A stretch of DNA of 64,000 nt, taken from NCBI RefSeq assembly GCF_006345805.1, contig NC_042997.1, positions 203,670,001 through 203,734,000 of the forward strand, given 5' to 3'. The notes under the pieces were generated by a model. That model had not been told where the DNA came from. It saw only the letters and a list, made by a program, of their open reading frames with translations, and searched no databases. The first letter of the stretch is position 1. The number at the start of each line of letters is the position of its first letter. Below are positions 45,632 to 57,158 of this stretch, one piece after another. Source of the stretch: Octopus sinensis. Its lineage: Eukaryota. The position numbers and the translations under genes were made by a program.

Positions 45632-46712
45632 ATTAGCAGGTTAGACAAAATGCTCTGTGGAATTTCTTTCTACTTTTAACCTTCTGAGCTCAAATCCCAC
45701 CAAAGTTAACTTTGCCTTTCATCTTTTTGGGGTCAATAAAGTACCAGTCATGTACTAAGGTTGATGTAAACGACTAACTCCCTCCCAGATAAAATTGGTG
45801 GGTCTATGCCAAAATTTGAAACCACAGGGAGCTGACAGAATTGTTTGCACTTCAGGCAAAATGCTTAGAAGCATTTCGTCTGACTCTTTACATTCTGAGA
45901 TGAATTCCAGCCAAGGTAAATTTTACCTTTCATCCTTTTGGAGTCGATATAATAAGTACCATTTGAGCACTGGCGACCAATATGATTGACTTCACCCCAC
46001 CCACTAAAAATTCAGACCCGGTGCTAAAATTAGAAAGAATTGTTTCAATCTGTATAGAAGGGAGGTAATGTGCTTTGGTTGTTTGGCACCTGTTATCTAT
46101 ATTTATTTGACAAGAATACAGTGGGTACGATTGTTTAATGGGTTTGTGTGCATGGTGTGGGGTAGGTAATAACATTTGGCTCTTTATGAGAAGTCCTGTG
46201 TTCATTAAACAATCGTACCCACTGTATTCTTGTCAAATAAATATAGATAACAGGTGCCAAACAACCAAAGCACATTACCTCCCTTCTATACAGATTGAAA
46301 CAATTCTTTCTAATTTTAGCACCGGGTCTGAATTTTTAGTGGGTGGGGTGAAGTCAATCATATTGGTCGCCAGTGCTCAAATGGTACTTATTATATCGAC
46401 TCCAAAAGGATGAAAGGTAAAATTTACCTTGGCTGGAATTCATCTCAGAATGTAAAGAGTCAGACGAAATGCTTCTAAGCATTTTGCCTGAAGTGCAAAC
46501 AATTCTGTCAGCTCCCTGTGGTTTCAAATTTTGGCATAGACCCACCAATTTTATCTGGGAGGGAGTTAGTCGTTTACATCAACCACAGTACATGACTGGT
46601 ACTTTGTTGACCCCAAAAAGATGAAAGGCAAAGTTGACCTTGGTGGGATTTGAGCTCAGAAGGTTTAAGAGTAGAAAGAAATTCCACAAAGCATTTTGTC
46701 TAACATGCTAAT
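45632..46712. repeat. ~1.08-kb inverted duplication with a 62-nt spacer
   Basis: 45759-46140 pairs perfectly with 46203-46584. The outer ~127 bp carry 8 substitutions and 1 indel. The ORF track shows mirror-image ORFs. Confidence 0.95.
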
Positions 46713-49700
46713 AATTCTGCCAGCTTCCAACTTTAATAAGATCACCATCAGCAGCAGCATCTTGGTGTCGGGGGTTGACCTGCTTTCTCTTCTGCGGGTC
46801 TTACGAATAGCAAAGGACCACGTTTCGGTCTTCTCCCACTACAGACAATCCTGAGGCGTGGTCTTGCGAGCTCTGGGACGAAGACTGCTTCACTCAACAA
46901 ACAAACAAGCAGTGGTCCTCTGTTGGACTTATGCAAATCATCATCTTCATCATCATTTAACGTTTGTTTTTCCATGGTAACATGGGTTGGATGGTTTGAC
47001 ATGAGCTGGCCAGCTGAAGAGTTGCCTGGACTCCATGTCTGTTTTGGGATGGTTTCTACAGCCAGATGCCATGAGCAATAGTCTTTATACATGGCTGTTC
47101 TAGTATTTTACTCAGCTGGCTGGCTCCAGGTCAACCCTTATTAAACTTACAAAAGAAAAGTTTCAGCCACAACTGTCTTTTTTTCCTGGCATAGTGTATC
47201 TCAGACTACAAGTCTTTTTATTTCTTGAGACACCTGTGCTCAGTCATCAGTAATAAGAGGATCTTTTCAATCTCAGTCACAGGTTTTTTAATTAATTTTT
47301 TAAAAACTAAACAGTTTGAAACTTTGGATACTGGGTGAATGTGTCATGTAGAACACGGTTTACTCTTAATGTTTTTAACAAAATTTTGTATTTTAGAAGT
47401 TATTTCATGTTAAAGTTGTTGTATTTGGGTAATTTTAACCAATTAATGATGTGTATTCAGCTGGAGAAAGCTTACTGCTGTTTGCAAAAGTAATGTAAGA
47501 GCAACAACTTGCAGGTCATGAAAGAGAGAGAGATGTGGGAGAAAAGTATTAAAAGATAAGAAAGGTGGGTGAGAAAAACAGAAAGTTCTTTTATAGGGAA
47601 TACATACGTGTGTGTGTATTTTTTTCCCATCTTATCCAATGTGACCTTGTTTATATAATGTTAGCTTGTGACATTGAGAGAGATTTGGCTGTTATTTCCA
47701 GCAAATTGTAGAGAATGGAGAGAGTGGTGATGATCTGAAGAGTCATAGAATATCTGCTTTTATGAATTTGGCCTGACCCATTCAAGCATTGAAACGTGGA
47801 TCTTAAAACATTATGATGATGATAAAAGTTATTTTTAACCATACAGCCTGAGTCAATCTAAGGGGAAGGCTTTAAACAGGGGCACTACCCCCTACTCATC
47901 TGATAATATACAAAAACGAAGGAATGCAATAGAAGCAGATCCAATCGAAAGCCAAACCTTTAGGAATAAATAGACTTAGTATTTATTTAAGAACAGAGAT
48001 TCCACTGATTTTGGTCAAGTGTTCTGTGCTAGCCTTGGTCTTTACTATTTAAATCAACAAATAAAACTATTTAGGTCTTCTGTTGTTGTTAGACCCAGGA
48101 TTGTTCTGATCACAGACCTATGATCAAAAGGTGCTCCGGCCATGATTGTCTAATGTCCACTTTTTCATGCTTGCATCCAGCAGAAGTGATTTGCTGAATA
48201 ATGTTTTTTTTGGCAGGATGTTTGTCTTGTGGCTAACCCTCACTTGTTTCTGAGCAAAGTAATATATTTCCCCCGGAACACAAAAAGCACAGGGACCAGA
48301 TGTAGTTCCCTGGAAAATTGAGAACAAATGACACTACTGTTTGTTTATAATTAGCATATGATACCAAAACAAGGTAATAAGAACATATACATATAATGGG
48401 CTTCTTTCAGTTTCTGTCTACCAAATCAACTTACAAGACTTAGATTAAGCCAGGACCACAGTAGAAGACACTTGCTCAAGGTGCCACATTGTGGGACTGA
48501 ACTGGCAAAAACATGGCTGTGAACCAAACTTGTTAATCTCAGCCATGCCTGCTCCTCATCTTATTTTCAGGCATTATCAAAAAATATGTTATAAAATGTA
48601 TCCTTCTTTTTTAAAGACTGTAAGGTGTGATTTATTGAAGATTTGGCTGCTATGCCTAGTAGATCAAGTGACCATGTAAAGCTCCTTCTATATCTATATT
48701 AGTTGTATATTATTTGCATTTGCATTTTCACCCAAATAACCACAATTTCTGCTGGAAGCCCATAGCTCCTAAAATACATTTTGAAAGTTCTCAGCTGATT
48801 TCATAACAACCAAGTAGCCATAAAAAATGCTGGAATGTAATAATTATTTTACAATTATTCTACTGAATACAATCAGAATTCTTCTCCAAGAAGTCATCAT
48901 CATCATTTAACGTCCACTTTCCATGCTAGCATGGGTTGGACGAATGACTGAGGGCTGGCGAATCAGATGGCTGCACCAGGCTTCAATCTTGATCTGGCAG
49001 AGTTTCTACAGCTGGATGCCCTTCCTAACGCCAACCACTCCGAGAGTGTAGTGAGTGCTTTTACGTGCCACTGGCACAAGGGCCAGTGAGGCGGCACTGG
49101 CAACAACCTCGCTCAAATCTTTTACACATGCCACCGGCACAGATGCCAGTACATCATAATTCCAAGTCAAAGCTGAGATTACTTTTCAAGAATGTTCAAA
49201 GAAATCCTTTTAGAAAAATAAGAAAACATTTTGTTTTGCAGTATCAACAGAGGAAAAGAACTTTTCAGAGAAAAGGTATTATATTTCTTTTATTACTAAA
49301 ACAAAACCAAATCATCAGATGTGAACAGTTGCGATAAGATTCCAAGTTATTTAAGTTACCTGATCCCTGTAACTCAGAGATTTGGATAAACTGTGGAAAA
49401 TAATAAAATCTATAGAATTTAGATAAAGGAATTTTCGACTTTTTTGGTTTACACGTCCAGAATTGAGATCATTTCAAGTTATAGAATTACCACACAAGTG
49501 GCAGTTGATAACTGTTTCCAATTGAGGCACAGGGCCAACAATTTTGAAAGGAGTGAAGGGGTTAGTCAAGACCATCAATTCTAGTACTTGATTGTTTCTC
49601 CATTTTGTCAACACTGAAAGGATGAAGGCAAAGAGGACCTAAGAAAGATTTGATCTCAGAACATAAAGAACTGGAAGATATACTATGGGCATTTTGTTGG

Positions 49701-50109
49701 GATGTTCTGATGATTCTGTCAAGCCATGACCCTCCAGTGGTAATAAATAAAAATGGATCTCTGTTGTTTAATGTTGAGTATTCAGTTTCAATGCACTGAA
49801 TTAATGTGTAAGTGGTTGAGTATTCCACAGACATGTGTGACAAAGCTGTACCTTTTGAATTACAGTTACAATCCACCTGATGGGCTTTCCATCTTTCTAC
49901 CAAAGTTCATTCACAAGATTCAAGGGCTACAGAGAATGATATCTGCCCAAGATGCCATGCAGTAGGATTAACCATTCGACCATATTCTGCCTGGTGGCAA
50001 TTAATAATAAATGCTCAGTAATTTGTTGACTGACATATCAAGGTAAATGCATGTGTATGTGTGAGAGAGAAAAAATATATATAACTTATAATGCAATGAA
50101 GCACAAAGG

Positions 50110-50211
50110 ATATATATGTATATATACATATATATATATATACATACATACATATACATACATACATATATATACATACATACATATATATACATACATA
50201 CATATATATAC

Positions 50212-50252
<41 letters not shown>

Positions 50253-50367
50253 CATACATACATATATATACATACATACATATACATACATACATATACA
50301 TACATACATACATATACATACATACATATATATACATACATACATATATATACATACATACATACAT

Positions 50368-50402
<35 letters not shown>
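50110..50402. repeat. Compound (TACA)n/(TA)n microsatellite
   Basis: Direct observation. It explains the YI/HT-repeat ORFs. Confidence 0.95.
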
Positions 50403-50574
50403 AAGATTTAAAATGAGGGTGAAAAATTAGATATTAATTTAATTAACACCGATTTCACACCAGTGGTCTAGCATACAAAAAAACTGAAGGTTTTCAGTAT
50501 ATATATATATACACACACACACATATATACATATACTTGCTACAAGCACAGTATTTACTGTTATACTCCTTTAA

Positions 50575-50789
50575 CCCTTTTGTTACCATATTTCTGTGAA
50601 AATACATTGCTTTTGTTTCAATTATTCTTGAAAATAATGCAAAAATTCAGTAAAATAACTTTGTTGTTATTAAGCTGATGTTTGAAACAAAAATTATGAA
50701 ATGTTGATGGAAAGTTTTAATTTAGATCAAAATAGGAAGTTTATATTATAGAAAGAGGGGCAGCCTCAGGTAGGTTGGTATCAAAAGGG
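50575..50789. mobile_element. piggyBac-like MITE, family A
   Basis: TTAA on both sides and 14-bp TIRs CCCTTTTG(T/A)TACCA matching at 13 of 14 positions. Confidence 0.7.
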
Positions 50790-51087
50790 TTAATTTAAGA
50801 GTTTTTTTCAAAATTTTCCAAGTCAGTTAATTAGTATGTGACAACTAATGACATATGACAGGTAATGGTAGGTGGTCGTAGTAAGTATAGGATTATCACG
50901 CAAGCAAGTTTGTTGTTTTTTTCCCTGTTGTTTTGCACCCAAATGGGTTTTGTACATTTCTTACAGAGGCAAAGAATCAACACTAAGAACTGATACCAAT
51001 GCAAAGAAAAATGGAACACAATTGGAATATCATCCTTAACTGTATTGGTACAGAGAAAAAAGTCCAAAGGAATTGGTTTGGAATGGA

Positions 51088-51328
51088 TTAGAGGTCAGCT
51101 TTGGGCGCAAGTGAAACTGGAATGGCTTTCATTTCTGATCTCATGCATAAAAATTCTCCAGACACAGTCATTAGAATGAGTGATATGATATTGGTTAACC
51201 ACCAATAGAAGTTCTGTGGAAACCGAGCATTATAAATCCAGCAACAGAAGAAGTGGATTATATGTACGGTTGCAGCATAGTCCAGGCATTGTTTAGTTTT
51301 TTGAACGACAATCCATAATCCGAAAGCA
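51088..51328 (-). CDS. SYS1: SYS1 coding exon 3 (stop)
   Basis: ttttcag|t AFGLWIVVQKTKQCLDY...APKADL TAA. Confidence 0.93.
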
Positions 51329-51593
51329 CTGAAAAATAAAACCAAATATAAAACATCAACACAAGTTGTGAGGAGGAGAAGGAGGAGGAAGAGGAGGAGA
51401 GATGAAAATACATGACTTTTATATTATTATTTGTCTTTTACGTAAATCTTTTTGTCTACCAATTGACCCCTTATTTTTTTTTAAGCCTGCTACTTATTCT
51501 ATCAGTCTCTTTTGTTGAATCACTATGTTGCAGGGATTTAAACACACCAACACCAATTGTCAAGTGTTGGAGCGGGAGCAAACACATAGATTT

Positions 51594-51642
<49 letters not shown>

Positions 51643-51735
51643 TTTTTCTGAATTTTCAGATTTTTCTGTATGCTAGGCTACTGGTTTTAAATTGATGTTA
51701 ATTAAATTAATATTCAATTTATCACCTTAATTATT

Positions 51736-51790
<55 letters not shown>

Positions 51791-52367
51791 CAAACTTTCA
51801 GTTTCCATCGACCAGATCCACTCACATGGCTTTGTTGAGCCCAAGGCTATAGCAAAAAAGCAGTTGCCCAAGGTGCTGCACTGTGGGATTGAACCCAGAA
51901 CCATATGGTTGGGAAGCAAGCTTCTTATCACAAAGCCACACCTGCGCCCACGTTTATATATATCATATGTGTGTGTGTGTGTGTGTTTTTATCCTCCACT
52001 GCTGCTTGGCAACTGGTATTGGTTTGTTTGTGTTCCCATAACTTAACAGTTCAGCAAAAGTGTCCAATAAAATAAGTACTAGGGTCAATTTATTCCACTA
52101 GACCCAGTACTGAAATAAGTAAAAACATAAAAGATAATTATTTAAAATATTTTTGTCACAAGAGCAGCTTGGAGGAGGTGGAGATGAGTCAATTACATCG
52201 ACCCCAGTGTTCAACTGGTACTGATTTTATCGACCCCTCAAAAGGATGAAAGGCAAAGTTGACTTCAGCAGAATTTGAACTCAGAACATAGCAACAGGTG
52301 AAATTCTGCTAAGCATTTCGTCTAATGTGCTAACGATTCTGATTATAATTATGTATGTAATTATAGA

Positions 52368-52419
<52 letters not shown>

Positions 52420-55400
52420 TTATATATGTATATGCTGGTGGCACATAAAAAGCACCATTTGAGCGTGGCCGATGCCAGTGCCACCTAACTGGCACCTGTG
52501 CTTGTGACATGTAAAAAACACCATTCAAGCGTGGTCATTGCCAGTGCTGCTTGATTGGCACCTGTGCTAGTGGCACGTAAAAAGCACCATTTGAGCACGG
52601 CCGATGCCAGTGCCACCTGACTGGCCCCAATGCTGGTGGAATGTAAAAAGCACCCACTACACTCTCAGAGTGGTTGGCATTAGGAAGGGCTCCCAGCTGT
52701 AGAAGCCTTCCCAAATCAGATTGAAGCCTGGTGTGATCTCCTGGCTTGCCAGTCCTCAGTCAAAATGTCCAACCCATGCCAGCATGGAAAACAGACATTA
52801 AACAACAACGACGATGATGATGATGTATATTGTGGACTCTCTGGTTGTTACCTGACAGATGAGGATTCTGCAACTTGTTGCTTAACACCCTGCACAGATG
52901 ATTTGTATATAGTGATAAATGTATGTGCTGTACATTTTTTTTACCTCTGTCATCAAATCAACATTGCTCATATAGGTGCACAGTGTGCCACACATCAGAT
53001 GTTGAAGTGATTGCAGAGCAGCATGAAATGAAGTATTTTATTCAAGAACACAATGCCCTGTCCAGCCTGGGAATCCAACTCATGATCTTGCATTTGTGAG
53101 TACAACGCCTAAACCACCAAGCCACATGTCCTCATATACACATATGTACGTACGTACATACACACATACATACATGCATGCCAATGGCATGTAAAAAGCA
53201 CCCACTAAACTCTCAGAGTGGTTGGCATTAGGAAGGGCATCCAGCTGCAGAAACCTTGTCAACTGATATTGGAGCCTGGTGCAGCCTCCTGGCTTGCCAA
53301 CCCTCATTCAAACCATCCAATCCACATCAGCATGGAAAGCAGATGTTAAAAGATAATGATATATATGTATGCATGTATAGCACCCACTACACTCTCGGAG
53401 TGGTTGGCATTAGGAAGGGCACCCAGCTGTAGAAACACTGCCAGATCAGAATGGAGCCTGGTGTGGCCTCCTGGCTTGCCAGTCCTCAGTCAAACCGTCC
53501 AACCCATGCCAGCATGGAAAGTGGATGTTAAACAATGATGATGATGATAATGATTGATATATATATATGTATGTATGTATATGTGTGAAGGGAAAGGTCA
53601 TTATGTATGTCAGTAACATAGATAAAACATAATGAGTGTAATAAGAAATAAACCATGACTTACCAACACAAAGAATTGATAGCAAACCCAATTGCGTTTA
53701 TTCGACCGCTATCTTCCCCAAAATCCAAATCCTGTAACAAAAAGATAAATAATCAACAATTATTGATAAAATAAAACAGTTATGTAACAAGGATAAATAA
53801 GCATGTGTAGAATAAAGAATATTGACTAACCATCATGTAAATTTCTAAAATAAAATTGAAAGTATGATTCATCAAAAAGAATTCTTGGTTTCAAAATAAT
53901 ATTTCCTTTATTCTTTTATGTGATTACTGCGTTTTAATTAATAAGAAATTTTTAAAGAAATTTAATGAAAATACTTACTGAAATTGATAAAGAACAATAA
54001 AAATTCTGTTATGTTATATTGATGTGGTCAGAATATTTGATGTGAAATACGTGTTTGGTGAATACTAATTAATGCATCAATATTTGACTGGAAATTAATG
54101 AGTTTTAGCCCTAATTACCATGCTCTTCCAGATTCAGTTCACTAATAATTCAACACCCTTTAGCATTTAAACTGGCCATATCTGGCCCAAATTTTCTATT
54201 TGTTTTCTACCAAGACCAACCAGATCTGGTCTCTCACACCAACCCTACAATGACATTCTAAAAAGTCACATCATTGAAATTTCTAAGCTATGAGATAATG
54301 TCTGATTAATTCAAAACAATGTAAATAAATCAGTATTACATTTAGAGGAGGCACTCCTACCCCTGTCCCTCAATAGTTCTAAAGCCCCACCCCCCTGTAC
54401 TACTCCCTCTGCCCAGCCGAGGAGGTTTTTGTCTTGCAAATTACTTGGTGACCCTGCCAGTGCTGGTGCCATGTAATAAGCACCTGTGTGGGTTCCACAT
54501 AAAAAGCATGGGTGATGGTGCCCCGTAAAAAGCACCCAGTACACTGTATAGTGGTTGGCATTAGGAAAGGCATTCAGCTACAGTAGAAGCCATGCTAAAA
54601 CAGACAATGAACCTTGGAATGGCCCCTGGCTTTACTAGCTCATGTCAAACTGTCCAATCTATGCTGACATGGAAAACAAATGTTAAATCATGACAATGAC
54701 ATAGATCTCCCAGGGATTTATACCAACCATTTGCTGACCCTTGATTTAGAATGTAGGACATGTGTAAAAGTCAAGAAGTCATGGGAATTATATTCAGTGA
54801 GCAAGATGAACAGGGCAACCACAAGTCAGGATACAACTTCCATTAACCCCTGAAATTTTTTTGTAATTTAATCGACAACTCTCTAAAATGCATTATCATT
54901 GTTTGTCATTGTTTAGCCCCAGGTTAACCATGACCGAGCAGGCTTATGATTAAAGATGTTCCAGTCATCACAATCCTGTCCTTCACTTGGATATTGTATA
55001 TCTAGGACTATATCCTTCCCTTCTTAACCCTTTAGATATGAACCCAGCTGAAACTGGCTCTGGTTCTGAGTACAAATGTTTCATAAGTTTTGAATAAAAA
55101 TCTTCCACCAAACCTTAGTCACAATTTAGGTTAAGGGGTGTGGTTTGAGGGAGAATTGGCTGCTATTTTTAGCAAGTCAAGTGACACTCAGACACTCTCC
55201 TAACAATAAGCTTCCTTCATTAAAACAACAGTTGAGGGGAAGGTATTAATATAATGTGAACTTACAAAAAAAGAAGTTCTGTTAAAAGGTCTTGCCAAGA
55301 CACTTAAAGCACAATCTAATTAACTGTGAAAATGACCGACCATCGTTAGTGTCAAGAGGGTAAAGAATAACCAAGTAACTGTCTTTACTGACAATAAAAC

Positions 55401-57127
55401 TGACTAAAAAAACGGGAACTTTTTATTTCCAGAGAGGGGAACACTTGTCTGCGGGTGAATTTTCTCCTACATTCAAGTAGAGGCATAGGCATGTGATAAG
55501 AAGGTTGCTTTACAATCGTGATTTTGGGTTCAATCCCAATGCATGATACCATGGTGAAAACATCATCATCATCGTTTAACGTCCGCTTTCCATGCTAGCA
55601 TGAGTTAGACGATTTTGACTGAGGACTGGCGAACCAGATGGTTGCACCAGGCTCCAATCTTGATCTGGCAGAGTTTCTACAGCTGGATGCTCTTCCTAAC
55701 GCCAACCACTCCGAGAGTGTAGTGGGTGCTTTTTACATGCCACTGGCATGGGGGCCAGTCAGGTGGTACTGGAAACGACCTCGCTCGAATCCTTTTACAT
55801 ATGCCACTAGCACAGATGCCAGTAAGGCGATGTTGGTAATAATCACGCTTGAATGGTGCCCTTTTACGTGCCACCAGCACGGAAGCCAGTTGGCTGCTCT
55901 GGCAACGATCACGCTCGGATGGTGCTCTTGGCACCCTAATAGCAAAGGCACAAGTGCCAGTAAGGCGACGCTGGTAACGATCACACTCGAATGGTGCCTT
56001 TTATGTGCCACTGGCCTGGAAGCTGGTTAGCCGCTCTGTCAACAATCACACTCGTATGGTGCTCTTTGCACCCCACTAGTACGGATGCCAGTCATCGAAT
56101 TTGATGAAATGTCCTTTATTATAACCCTGTGCTGACAAATATGAGTAAATTTGGTTGGATCATTATTATCATCTATGGTAGCTGTGTGGTAAGATGCTTG
56201 CTTCCCAACCACACCATCCAACCCATGCCAGCATGGACAACGGATGTTAAATGATGGTGATGATGATGAATGAGGGGTTAAAGTACAAACGCAGAGTCAG
56301 AGCAAAATATGCTCCTTACTTTAGAGTAACAACATGGCTATTAACATTTTGGAAGAGAGGGTGGAGGTAATCAGGATGGAACCTCAAGGTATGAGGTGAC
56401 CAGAACTGAGTGAGGACAGAGGAACCATGAGTAAGGGTTTCACAGCTGTTGCAATAGTAAATATATATAATATCATCACTATCATCATTCTCATCATCCT
56501 CATCATTTAATATCCAATTTCCATATTGGCATGGGTTGGATGGTTTGATCTGTGTTGGCAAGCTGGAGGGCTGCACCAGTTCCAGTCTGATTTGGCTTGG
56601 CTTCTACAACTGGATGCACTTCCTAATGCCAACCACTTTACAGAGTGTGCTGGGTGCTTTTAACATGGCACCGGCACAGGATTCTTGTGGGGCCAATCCT
56701 CTTCACCAGGGGAGCAGCCTTAACACTTCCGCAGTGGTGGATGGGTCTTACATATTAATGTTTGTTTTTATGTTATTATAAAAGCAGTTTTACATTAAAT
56801 TGAAGGACTACTTAATACATTTAGTAGAGTACAAATTTATTATTCTTTAACAAGAATAGTATTGCCAGTAACTTTGTAATTTCAGCTGGTTAGGCCATAA
56901 CTGGATTGTCCAATGAACACTTAGCTGACCAAAACTTCAAAAGTCATTGTCAATACTATTCTTGTTAACAAATAATATATATGTGCAGCTGTGTGGTAAG
57001 AAATCAGCTTTCCAACCACATGGTTCCAGGTTCAGTCTCAATGCATGGCACCTTGGGCAAGTGTCTGCTATTATAACCTGAAGCCAACTGAAGACTTGTG
57101 AATGGATTTGGTTGATGGAAACTGAAA

Positions 57128-57158
<31 letters not shown>

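Noticed and set aside
45795-46548. Pairs of identical or near-identical ORFs on opposite strands
   Set aside because: They are a by-product of the inverted duplication of SINE sequence, not genes.
50001-50416. Several 95-126 aa ORFs of YI/HT/CM repeats
   Set aside because: These are translations of a (TACA)/(TA) microsatellite.
52430-52660. Regularly spaced ~60-bp repeats resembling a CRISPR-like array
   Set aside because: The whole unit is repeated with no unique spacers, it belongs to the RTE 3' UTR, and the context is eukaryotic.
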